The notes under the pieces are model-generated. The model saw only the letters and a program-made list of their open reading frames with translations. It was not told the DNA's origin and did no database searches. The translations under genes and the position numbers were made by a program. This document shows positions 18,824 to 27,092 of a stretch of 36,220 bases of DNA, piece after piece. This DNA is from an uncultured Gammaproteobacteria bacterium (GTDB taxonomy: Bacteria; Patescibacteriota; Microgenomatia; Daviesbacterales; UBA10151), in assembly GCA_964394845.1 (NCBI GenBank), contig CAYMZB010000039.1:1-36220 (forward strand), in the 5' to 3' direction. Within the stretch, counting starts at the first letter, position 1. Every line of letters starts with the position of its first letter.

Positions 18824-20452
18824 TTATCTGCTGATATAGCGGGAGACTAAAGAGGAATTCTTAGTTAAATCAGGTTGAACTTGTATAGTATAAATTTGAT
18901 TGCCTTCAATATTGTTTGGAATCTGACCAAAAATTAGAGAATTCGACCAGTAATAATTAATAGCTTTGACACCGTCTGTCTTTGGAGTCTGATTATAGAA
19001 ATTAACCTTCCCGGAGCTTCCAAATTCTTTACCGGAAATAATAAATAGTCTGCCTAACCTTAAATTGAAAGGCCAGATAGAGTTGATTACAGGTTTAACC
19101 ATTTGTACAATTGCAATCGTACTTGCTGTGTTATTATTTTCATTTGACTCATTTACCTGGGAGTCAGCGTCTGCTTTTGCTAAAAATTGATATGATCCAT
19201 CGCCTTTAAAAGTGGTAATGACTAAAGTTTGGGTTGCCCCAGCAGCTAAAGCATTGGTTTCCAATCTCCAGTACTCGTTACTATTATTAGTATTTATTTG
19301 AGCGATAGAAGGTTGGGCGCTGGTAGAGCTGATATTTTTAACTGTGGCGGTCAGTGTTATTTTAGATTGATCTACATTATTTTTTATATCAATGGTTAAA
19401 TCAGCTTTTGGAGTAGGGACTGGAGTTGGGGTAGGCGCAGGAGTATTAATAGGTTTTCGGGCTCTAAGAGTAATAGTGATTTCGCGGGCAGCTGTCCAAT
19501 TATTTCCGACAAAAGCCCGGATCATCACTCTAACTTGACATGCCTGAAACTTAGCATGAAAAGGATTGTTTTCCCAAATAACAAACTCACCATTAGGACT
19601 TAATTGTTTGGTATCGCGGTAGTTTTCATAAACCATTACGTTATTCTGGAATAAACCAAATAAGTAACCACTGGCTCCTGCGACTGGTTTTACTTTAAAC
19701 ATATATGCACCTTCTAAATCCAATGTCTGACCATTTTGCGGATAAACCATTTCCGGAGCGTTTAATACAGGAATAGATGATGGTAATGGTTTCGGACTAG
19801 CAGATGGTGTAGGAACTGGTATTGGTACAGGGATTGTACTAAGAGTAATCGTATATTTGACTGAGGGTCCATCTTGCCATTTGTCGTTTTGGTAATACTG
19901 AACTGTTACTAAGCCAGCATAAGTTCCATCTAGCTTATTAGTATTTATATAGGTTCGGATATTGGTGGATGAACCAGAGTTAATTCCTCCTGAGGATTCA
20001 TAAAAGCCCTGACCTTGAGTAGGTACACTATACTTAATTTGCCAGCCAGTAGCTCCATTGCTTTTAATAGTAAAACCAAATCCATATACCAAGCCACCTT
20101 GAGCATTAGCTCTATCTAGTGTAACTACTACTGAATCAGTACTAACTGTAATTGGAGCAGGAGTTGGTGTAGGTGTTGGAGTAGGAGTAGGAGTAGGAGT
20201 AGGAGTAGGAGTTGCAGAAGGTGTAGTTGTTGGTGTGGGTGTAGGGATAGGGATTGGTGTAGAAGAAGGGTTTGGTAAAGGAGCTGTGGTCCCAATACCA
20301 ATATTACTTTGGGCCAATACAATACTTACCGGAGAAAAAAGGCTAAAATAAGCAATAAAAAGATAGGCGAAAAGCTTCCTTAGAATGTTTGACAAAGTCA
20401 AAGATTTCATTAGTTTGTAGCGTATCATAACACCCTTTTTAATTCTTGTCAA
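18824..20452 (-). CDS. secreted surface protein with Pro/Thr linkers, CARDB-like and IPT/TIG-like domains
   Basis: Signal peptide (..[14 protein letters not shown]) and three PT-rich linkers. CARDB-type segment [17 protein letters not shown]...[13 protein letters not shown], and C-terminal PVINSIWP...[12 protein letters not shown] 20410 is an alternative start. Confidence 0.7.
   Translation of the reverse strand: MTRIKKGVMIRYKLMKSLTLSNILRKLFAYLFIAYFSLFSPVSIVLAQSNIGIGTTAPLPNPSSTPIPIPTPTPTTTPSATPTPTPTPTPTPTPTPTPAPITVSTDSVVVTLDRANAQGGLVYGFGFTIKSNGATGWQIKYSVPTQGQGFYESSGGINSGSSTNIRTYINTNKLDGTYAGLVTVQYYQNDKWQDGPSVKYTITLSTIPVPIPVPTPSASPKPLPSSIPVLNAPEMVYPQNGQTLDLEGAYMFKVKPVAGASGYLFGLFQNNVMVYENYRDTKQLSPNGEFVIWENNPFHAKFQACQVRVMIRAFVGNNWTAAREITITLRARKPINTPAPTPTPVPTPKADLTIDIKNNVDQSKITLTATVKNISSTSAQPSIAQINTNNSNEYWRLETNALAAGATQTLVITTFKGDGSYQFLAKADADSQVNESNENNNTASTIAIVQMVKPVINSIWPFNLRLGRLFIISGKEFGSSGKVNFYNQTPKTDGVKAINYYWSNSLIFGQIPNNIEGNQIYTIQVQPDLTKNSSLVSRYISR
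20178..20213. repeat. hexanucleotide tandem repeat (ggagta)x5 + ggagtt encoding (TP)n on the minus strand
   Basis: Read directly. It is embedded in a longer degenerate ggNgtN tract at about 20155-20290. Confidence 0.9.
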
Positions 20453-20521
20453 GTATTATAGGGTGAAGGAAGAAATCAGAGAATTGATTTATATCAGAAA
20501 GATATGGTATAAAAGCAGATT

Positions 20522-21622
20522 ATGCAGTCAACATTTCGTGAAGGTGAACCATCTATAAGTGGTCCAGAGAAATTTCCTAGAGCAGGTGATCCTGCGGTAG
20601 GTCAGTATTTAAAATATTGGTTTGAAATTATAGAAAAAAAATCCAGCAGTATAAATATAGATGGCGCTAATTTTTCATATATCCGAACGAGGGTCTTTCC
20701 ATGGGAAGAAGTAGCAGAAAAAATAGGGGGGTCAAGACGCAGATTTAAAGATTTTGCAAGCGCAAATTTTAAGCATGGCGTTGTTGAAGTATTATCCATA
20801 GAGTATCCTTACAGAAGTAGTTACAGATTTAAAACAAGAGCGATTGATGAAAATGCCTGCTTAGCTCTTATGGAATTGTGGGGGACTGCCTGTATGCCCT
20901 GTACGCAAGGTTATCCACATAGAAACAGTCCGCCAACAGGTCCATTTACGGCTGAAGTAATAAAGCAGATCGTCTCAGAAACCAGAGACAGACTAGGAGA
21001 TCATCCTCCCGGTGAACATATCCATGATATAAATCCACTCAACCCTGAAGCTCCTCAAAAAGCCCAACGAATCATTACCGTTTCCATAACTTCTGAAGGA
21101 TCAGAAAGCCATAAAAAGAAAGCAGAACCCCTTAAGCTGTCTGATTTTAAAAAAGATTTTTTTAGAAAATTTCTTCCTGAAATATCAGATGAATCAGCTA
21201 AGCAGGAGTTAGAAGCATGGAATCCTAAGAAAGTATCAGAAAAGAATATCAGCTTAGGAAAAAGTTTTCATCAACCGGATGACGAAATACAGGATCCGGA
21301 AATATCAGAGCTTCTGCGAATAGGCCTTATGTACATTCTTGTTTTTAAAGCAGGCAATAAGGAACAATTGGACCACGCCATTGATGTTATGTCCGGACGT
21401 TATCAGGCTGTTAAGCAGGGATTCTATCATGCTGTTGATATTTTTAATCAATGCAAAGATTATCCTGTGTCTGATCGTTTAAATAATTTATATGATATTT
21501 ATACAGCAATAAAACGTAAGATGGGACAGACCTACGGTTTATTTAGGAACCCAGATCCAATATCCCGCTTCGCCCTGAGGGCTACGCGGGGCAGGGCCAC
21601 CCACACTGGAAGAATTATTTAA
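20522..21622 (+). CDS. orphan cytoplasmic hypothetical protein
   Basis: 366-aa ORF with no signal peptide or TM helix and no motif I recognise. tggtataaa (20505-20513) lies 8 nt upstream of the ATG. The 3' end runs through a GC-rich element and overlaps the convergent ORF by 84 nt. Confidence 0.55.
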   Translation: MQSTFREGEPSISGPEKFPRAGDPAVGQYLKYWFEIIEKKSSSINIDGANFSYIRTRVFPWEEVAEKIGGSRRRFKDFASANFKHGVVEVLSIEYPYRSSYRFKTRAIDENACLALMELWGTACMPCTQGYPHRNSPPTGPFTAEVIKQIVSETRDRLGDHPPGEHIHDINPLNPEAPQKAQRIITVSITSEGSESHKKKAEPLKLSDFKKDFFRKFLPEISDESAKQELEAWNPKKVSEKNISLGKSFHQPDDEIQDPEISELLRIGLMYILVFKAGNKEQLDHAIDVMSGRYQAVKQGFYHAVDIFNQCKDYPVSDRLNNLYDIYTAIKRKMGQTYGLFRNPDPISRFALRATRGRATHTGRII

Positions 21623-22420
21623 ACTTGCAGAGGGACTGGATAACTTAGGAATAGGTGAAGTCCAGGCGCCGGATGCTCCAACTTTACCCAGGTTTTTGGA
21701 AATCAAAGCCAGGTCGAAAATATTTATTACCCCATCCTTATTAAAATCTGCATTCTCATTCCAATTTGAAGATTTAGAAGTTGTTCCAGTTGCTTTTTGA
21801 GCAATAGAATAGTCAGCAGAATTTATCGCATTGTCATCATTTAAATCCCCGGTTAGCATGTTAATTATTTGCCCCTCATTTAAATCTGTGATATTAGGAG
21901 ACATTACAAAAGTTACAGAGGTTGCTGTTTGAGCTGCGCCTTTTAGTAAAGCCGTATATTGGGTGTTGATTTGGAGTCCTGCTAAAGATAAATTGTTGTA
22001 AACCCCATTTTTAGGCAGATCTACAGTGAAATTGAGCAAGAACTTAGGGTTTGATGACAACTGTCCTTCAACAATGCCTATAAATAATTTGGTTGCTTGG
22101 TCAGCGACAGGTCTTCCTTCTAAGCTGGCTTTCAAAGAAAGAGTAGGGCCAAATGAGGTAGCAATAGTAGGGGAGGAAGAATCCTTATTTGAAGAGGGCT
22201 GGTCAGTTAAAGAGGGATTGGTGCTTGCTTTACTGGCATTTAGGAGTTCCTGTTTAGCAGAGGTAGTAGGTTTAGGCACTGTTTTTGTAATGGGCCTTGA
22301 TTCATGGGCGCTACTTTTTGTATTTGTATATTGAGAAGAAAGATAGGTTCCCGCAGGTATAGATATAATAATGAAGAGATACATCCCCAGTAAAAGTTTT
22401 TGTTTAAAAGTTCCGAACAT
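21539..22420 (-). CDS. secreted dockerin-domain protein
   Basis: Signal/TM N-terminus and an S/T/P-rich linker. Duplicated Ca-binding dockerin repeats GDLNDDNAINSADYSIA and ADFNKDGVINIFDLALISKNLG. The C-terminal tail is translated from a GC-rich element. Confidence 0.75.
   Translation of the reverse strand: MFGTFKQKLLLGMYLFIIISIPAGTYLSSQYTNTKSSAHESRPITKTVPKPTTSAKQELLNASKASTNPSLTDQPSSNKDSSSPTIATSFGPTLSLKASLEGRPVADQATKLFIGIVEGQLSSNPKFLLNFTVDLPKNGVYNNLSLAGLQINTQYTALLKGAAQTATSVTFVMSPNITDLNEGQIINMLTGDLNDDNAINSADYSIAQKATGTTSKSSNWNENADFNKDGVINIFDLALISKNLGKVGASGAWTSPIPKLSSPSASLNNSSSVGGPAPRSPQGEAGYWIWVPK
21564..21598. repeat. GC-rich palindromic element (family copy c)
   Basis: cccgcttcgcc (21564-21574) is identical to 33682-33692. 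Stems cccgc/gcggg and gccc/gggc. It sits in the overlap of two convergent ORFs. Confidence 0.7.
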
Positions 22421-22424
22421 ACTT

Positions 22425-22455
22425 TCATTTTACATTTTACATTTTACAATTTACA
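22425..22455. repeat. tandem heptamer array tcatttt/acatttt/acatttt/acaattt/aca(ATG)
   Basis: This array makes up nearly all of the 35-bp divergent spacer between the start codons at 22420 (-) and 22456 (+). Confidence 0.85.
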
Positions 22456-23454
22456 ATGATAAAGATGATTAAAATAATATTCAACACATGTTTAGGCATA
22501 GTCTTAATCTTTATCTGGTCACGGTTTGTTGATATAGGTGAGATTTTTGCTAATTTGTCAAAAGTAAACTTAATTTATTTGGGGCCAGTAGTTTTGTTTA
22601 TGTTGCTTTCTCCTATACTTCGGGCTGTCAGACTCAAGATTTTTTTATCTGAGACCAAAAAAATCAACCTTTTGGATTTGATTTATCTAAATGGGGTTGC
22701 AATGATGCTTAATTTTTTTATACCTATTAGGGCAGGGGAAATTGCCAAAGGCATTTACCTTAACACTCACTATAAATTGAATCTGGGGAAAGGTGTAATT
22801 TGGATATTTATTGATAGGTTTGTGGATTTTTTGGCAGTGTTGCTATTAACCGGCGTATTACTGATTATTGTTCCGACAAAGCTGCCATATACATTTGAGG
22901 TGACCATTGCCTTAATCTTTGCTGTTGTTTTAACCGCAACATACCTGGCAGTTTTCCAAATAGATTTTTCCCGAAAAATAGTTAATTTTTTGAAGACTAT
23001 ATTAATAGAAAAGCATATTAAGATATATTTTGATAAGTTTAGCAACTTCATTTTAGAATCATTTTCTATTTTGGATAGGCACCCAAAATATTTAGGGTTA
23101 ATAAGTGTGATTACGGTTTTGGCATACGGGGCAGATGCGCTGGTTTGGGTTTTTACTTTTATGGCCCTTGGCATAAACCAAGATTTTTTTAAGATGTATT
23201 TAGGGCAATTGTTATCTGCGCTAACTTATCTTATTCCCGCAGCGCCGGGATATGTGGGTTCAGCAGAGGCATCAGGCACCTTGATTTTGTCAGGGGTTTT
23301 TGGAATTGACACCAACTTAGCCTCAGCCATGATAGTTTTATTTCATATAATTTCGGCCATCTTTGTTTTAATTTTTGGATTAGTTTCTATTTACAGACTA
23401 AAAATTGATTTGGGGGATATTTTCAAAAAAGTCTTAAAAAGAAAAGATGGATAA
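22456..23454 (+). CDS. flippase-like / lysyl-phosphatidylglycerol-synthase TM-region (UPF0104) family membrane protein
   Basis: 332-aa polytopic ORF. The N-terminal pattern ..SRFVDIGEIFANLSKVNLIYL...LRAVRLKIFL is typical of the family. Confidence 0.65.
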   Translation: MIKMIKIIFNTCLGIVLIFIWSRFVDIGEIFANLSKVNLIYLGPVVLFMLLSPILRAVRLKIFLSETKKINLLDLIYLNGVAMMLNFFIPIRAGEIAKGIYLNTHYKLNLGKGVIWIFIDRFVDFLAVLLLTGVLLIIVPTKLPYTFEVTIALIFAVVLTATYLAVFQIDFSRKIVNFLKTILIEKHIKIYFDKFSNFILESFSILDRHPKYLGLISVITVLAYGADALVWVFTFMALGINQDFFKMYLGQLLSALTYLIPAAPGYVGSAEASGTLILSGVFGIDTNLASAMIVLFHIISAIFVLIFGLVSIYRLKIDLGDIFKKVLKRKDG

Positions 23455-23773
23455 AAGATGGCATATTTATTATTACATTTCTCCTAGAGGTAATAACCCG
23501 GTTAAAGATTTTTTGGATGCTCGTCCTAAAGCTAAAGTGAAAGTTTTTAGAATTTTGCAAAATATTAAAGAGTATGGTCTGACTATAGTGATTCCACACA
23601 TCAAGAAGTTGGCAGATACACCACTTTGGGAGATAAGAATTTTGGGGGAGGATAGCGTACGAATACTTTATATCACCAAACAAGAGAAGAAAATCTTCCT
23701 TCTACATGCTTTTATTAAAAAGACTGATAAAACTCCTGAAAAAGAAATTAAAATTGCTTTATCCAGAATATAA
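23447..23773 (+). CDS. type II toxin, RelE/HigB superfamily (Gp49-like)
   Basis: 108 aa. ..LWEIRILGEDSVRILYITKQEKKIFLLHAFIKKTDKTPEKEIKIA.. matches the Gp49/HigB pattern. An XRE antitoxin gene follows. Confidence 0.8.
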   Translation: MDKRWHIYYYISPRGNNPVKDFLDARPKAKVKVFRILQNIKEYGLTIVIPHIKKLADTPLWEIRILGEDSVRILYITKQEKKIFLLHAFIKKTDKTPEKEIKIALSRI

Positions 23774-23794
23774 GAAGAATGTGAGATTAAAGTA

Positions 23795-23829
23795 TTGACA
23801 AATGATATCTTAAAAGATATCATAGATTT
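23795..23829 (+). promoter_or_regulatory. antitoxin promoter with embedded 20-bp perfect palindrome operator
   Basis: ttgaca (23795-23800), 17 nt, then tatcat (23818-23823), with ATG at 23830 only 6 nt later. The palindrome tgatatcttaaaagatatca (23803-23822) spans the spacer and the -10 box. Confidence 0.5.
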
Positions 23830-24114
23830 ATGAAAAGAAGAGTTTATACATTCGAGCAACATTTAAAAGAAAGTCTCAAAAATCCTGTATTTAGAAAAGA
23901 ATGGGAAGATTCTGAGGTTGAATATCAATTAAGCAGAAAATTGATCGAAACACGTCTTAAAAGAAACATATCACAAAGAGATTTAGCCGAGAAAGCTCAT
24001 ACCACTCAAGCTGTGATTTCCAGAATCGAATCAATGAACTCTAATCCGTCAATTGGGCTTTTAAAAAAACTGGCAGAAGCACTCGGAGTAAAATTAAAGG
24101 TGGGATTTAAGTAG
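23830..24114 (+). CDS. XRE-family HTH antitoxin (HigA-like)
   Basis: HTH core ISQRDLAEKAHTTQAVISRIESMNSNPSIGLLKKLAEALG. It is located downstream of the toxin, as in HigBA-type modules. Confidence 0.8.
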   Translation: MKRRVYTFEQHLKESLKNPVFRKEWEDSEVEYQLSRKLIETRLKRNISQRDLAEKAHTTQAVISRIESMNSNPSIGLLKKLAEALGVKLKVGFK

Positions 24115-24128
24115 AGAAGTAATGGGTA

Positions 24129-24937
24129 TCAGGCACTGAATTCTGTAAAGTTTTGAAAATCTGTTGAGGAGTAAAGTTTAATCTTCATATCCCTGACAAA
24201 CTGCATCAATTCTGTATTTGTTAAACGTTTCCCATATCCTAAATATTTATCAAGTATTTTATTAGCAACTCTAATAAATTTGTCATCGTATTTTTTATAG
24301 GTCTGTTCTTTTTTTGAAGCCTCTTCATCAGCTAATCTTTTTACCTTAGCTTCGGTTAATAATCCCCTCCGGTATTTGTCGATTATTTGCTGTCTCCGTC
24401 CCAAGCTATCAAATCTTTTTTGCTCTGCAGGCGTGAGTTGATGTGCTGCTTCCATTTGTTCTCTTAACTTTACATCGTCCAAGAGGGCAGTTTCCGGTGT
24501 TGCAAGAGCCAATATTTGTATGTCTGGACAGACCACGATAATAGATTTAATAAATCTTTTATTCTGATCATTAGAAAAGAACTTTGACAGCATTCTCCAA
24601 TAATCGTTCTGGCCCTTTCTACTGCAGCTTTGGAATTTACTAATAATTTACCATCTGATTCATCCACTGATCCATCCTCCACCTGTTTTAAAAATTCTTC
24701 TTTTTGTTCCAGTGTAAACATGTCTCCTTGTTGAGTGGTACTAGCTAATTCTTGTAGACCTTTAGTAAGATAAGGTAGATGTAGTTGATTTGAAAAAGAC
24801 AAATGTACAGCTTCTTTATCATATAAGCCATATATATATGACAAAAAATTATATGAGTCTATTTCTAACTTCTTAGTTTCAACTTTCTCAACAGGTACAA
24901 TAGGATATGCTTGTGATTCTTCTGCACCTAAAGTCAT
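24129..24937 (-). pseudogene. orphan gene split by a 1-nt frameshift (ORFs 24470..24937 and 24129..24593)
   Basis: The two ORFs overlap by 124 nt in different frames. Protein-like sequence switches frame at ..attattggagaatgctg.. (about 24590-24600). The 809-nt span is 3n+2. Confidence 0.5.
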
Positions 24938-24975
24938 ATACTAAGTATAACATCTGAAGAGTTATTGTTTGATAA

Positions 24976-25821
24976 CTAAATACTGCTAAGATCCAACTTT
25001 ACCGAAGGTCCCATGGTAGGAGACAGGGTTACTTTTTTGATTCTGGATTTGCCTAGAGTTTGGAGCAAAGTTTTTAGGTTAGCTGTTAGTTCCACATCAG
25101 GTTGATTCAATTTACCTAAGGCAATATGCATAACAGGAGCTTTGGGTTCTGTTTTATACTCAGTTTTTCCGGTTTGAAAGCCTTCTATAGTTTTCTTCAA
25201 ATCAGTGGTGATTGTGTTATTTTTTGGGTTTGGCATTAAGCCTCTGGGGCCTAAAATTCGGGCAATTTTGGCTAACTTAGGCATCCATTCAGGAGTGGTT
25301 ACTATTAAATCAAAGTTGACCTTGCCTTTATTAATCTCTTCAATTATTGATTCATCACCTATTGTTATTTCATCATCTGCTTTTGGGGCATTTGAAGATC
25401 CAAAAACTAAAATCCGTAATTTTTTACCGGAAACAAAAGGAAGAGATACTAAACCACGGATACCTGTATTCACTGTGTTTATATGAGCTTCTAAGGTTCC
25501 GGTAATTTTGGAATATGAAAGCTTTTTTGTAAGTTCTATAGCTTCACTCAGAGGATATGCTTTGGATTTATCCAGACCCCTCATAACTTCCTGGTATTTT
25601 TGGGATCTAGGTTTGGTTTTACCTGGTTTTTGAGTTTTTTTGCTTGTTTCAGTGGTTGTTGTTTTAACGACTGGTGGTTTCCCAGATTCTTCAACCTCAA
25701 GTTCAGCTCTGAGCTTTTCTACAAGATCATCCTGCAACCTAAGTTTTCTAACTAACTTTGATGGTTTTGTTGATTCTTGCTCCTGAGAGTCATCTATAAT
25801 TTTTGTCTTTGTTTTCCCCAT
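24976..25821 (-). CDS. rplA: 50S ribosomal protein L1 with ~70-aa Lys/Thr/Glu-rich N-terminal extension
   Basis: The canonical L1 core begins near ..KPRSQKYQEVMRGLDKSKAYPLSEAIELTKK.. I found no in-frame ATG/GTG/TTG between codon 1 and that point. Confidence 0.9.
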   Translation of the reverse strand: MGKTKTKIIDDSQEQESTKPSKLVRKLRLQDDLVEKLRAELEVEESGKPPVVKTTTTETSKKTQKPGKTKPRSQKYQEVMRGLDKSKAYPLSEAIELTKKLSYSKITGTLEAHINTVNTGIRGLVSLPFVSGKKLRILVFGSSNAPKADDEITIGDESIIEEINKGKVNFDLIVTTPEWMPKLAKIARILGPRGLMPNPKNNTITTDLKKTIEGFQTGKTEYKTEPKAPVMHIALGKLNQPDVELTANLKTLLQTLGKSRIKKVTLSPTMGPSVKLDLSSI

Positions 25822-25870
25822 ATGTCGCTTTGCTCCAATTCAAAATGCAAAAGTATTAAAGTTTTGACTT

Positions 25871-26299
25871 TTAACTTTGTATCTTTACTCCCATGCTTTT
25901 GGCCGTACCTTCTACAATTTTCATAGCAGCCTCAATTGAATTAGCATTTAAATCTGGCATTTTAGATTTAGCAATTTGTTCAACCTGAGTACGAGTAAGT
26001 TCTCCAACAGCTTCCTTTAAAGCGCTCCCAGACCCTTTTTCTATGTTAAGTGTTTTCTTAATCATTTCTGCTACAGGAGGTTCTTTAGTGATAAAAGAAA
26101 ATGTTCTATCTTCAAAAACAGTTATCACAACAGGTAAAATATTACCTTGTTTTTCCTTAGTTTTTTCATTAAATGCCTTAACAAACTCCATAATAGGAAG
26201 GCCATGCTGACCAAGAGCTGGACCAACTGGAGGGGCAGCAGTAGCAGTGCCAGCAGGGACATTTAGTTTTATAAAGGTTTTTATCTTCTTAGCTGCCAT
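25871..26299 (-). CDS. rplK: 50S ribosomal protein L11
   Basis: [33 protein letters not shown].. signature. The track ORF (to 26530) is an artefactual upstream extension overlapping nusG. Confidence 0.95.
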   Translation of the reverse strand: MAAKKIKTFIKLNVPAGTATAAPPVGPALGQHGLPIMEFVKAFNEKTKEKQGNILPVVITVFEDRTFSFITKEPPVAEMIKKTLNIEKGSGSALKEAVGELTRTQVEQIAKSKMPDLNANSIEAAMKIVEGTAKSMGVKIQS

Positions 26300-26303
26300 A
26301 ATT

Positions 26304-26888
26304 TTATATTTTCTGTACTTGTAAAAAGTCCAGTTCAACAGGAGTTTCTCTTCCGAATATAGAAACAAGTACTTTAACTTTGCCTCTTTCCTCATCAATG
26401 TTGTCAATTTTACCAATAAAGTCTGCAAAAGGACCATCAACGATTTTAACAGTATCATTAGCTGTGAATACTTGTTTGTATACAGGAGCTTCATTTTGTG
26501 TAAATTTAACAATAGTTGCAACTTCAGCATCAGAAATTGGTGTAGGTTTGTTACCCATTCCTACGAAAGAGGTAACACCCTGAGTTGTTCTGACAGCTAA
26601 CCATGAGACATCATCTAAAAGCATTTTTACCAGAATATACCCAGGGAAGATTTTTTCTTTAATTGTGGCTTTTTTGCCAGACTTTATCTCAATTTTGTCC
26701 TGGGTAGGAACTAAGATTTCCAAAATTTTATCTGCCAGATGTTCTGAGTCGATTCGCTGTCTTAAAGTTGTAGCTACTTTATTTTCGTGCCCGGAATAGG
26801 TATGAACTACATACCAACGAGTCCCAGGGGCGTCAGCTAAATCATTAGTATTTTGATTTTTCTGATTGTTATCGTCCATAATTATCAA
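26304..26888 (-). CDS. nusG: transcription termination/antitermination factor NusG
   Basis: NGN domain [15 protein letters not shown] and KOW motif [19 protein letters not shown]. Located between secE and rplK. Confidence 0.95.
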   Translation of the reverse strand: MIIMDDNNQKNQNTNDLADAPGTRWYVVHTYSGHENKVATTLRQRIDSEHLADKILEILVPTQDKIEIKSGKKATIKEKIFPGYILVKMLLDDVSWLAVRTTQGVTSFVGMGNKPTPISDAEVATIVKFTQNEAPVYKQVFTANDTVKIVDGPFADFIGKIDNIDEERGKVKVLVSIFGRETPVELDFLQVQKI

Positions 26889-27063
26889 CTATATACGCTG
26901 TTAAAGCTGTCAAAATATAATCTAATCCTCCTAAAAAAATCCCTACAGCTACTGCTACAAAGATTACTAACACAGTATACCTAATAGTCTGTTCTTTACT
27001 AGGCCAGGTTACCTTTATTAGTTCCTCTTTAACCTCATTTAAAAATGTAATTATATTGGGCAT
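26869..27063 (-). CDS. secE: preprotein translocase subunit SecE
   Basis: 64-aa ORF with EVKEELIKVTWPSKEQTIRYTVLVIFVAVAV and a single TM helix. Immediately upstream of nusG. Confidence 0.9.
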   Translation of the reverse strand: MPNIITFLNEVKEELIKVTWPSKEQTIRYTVLVIFVAVAVGIFLGGLDYILTALTAYIVDNYGR

Positions 27064-27092
27064 AAATATTTGACCATTAAAAATCCTCCAAT

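Noticed and set aside
20155-20290. Possible CRISPR array (short tandem repeats), also considered for the heptamer arrays
   Set aside because: The units are 6-7 nt with no spacers and no cas genes. One tract lies inside a coding region. These are not CRISPR arrays.
18824-22420. Diversity-generating retroelement targeting the surface proteins
   Set aside because: The window contains no reverse transcriptase gene and no long template/variable repeat pair with adenine-specific mismatches.
26300-26530. N-terminal 77 residues of the listed 219-aa rplK ORF
   Set aside because: This is an out-of-frame read through the nusG 3' end ([12 protein letters not shown]...). The canonical L11 start MAAKKIK.. 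is at 26299, 4 nt after the nusG stop codon.
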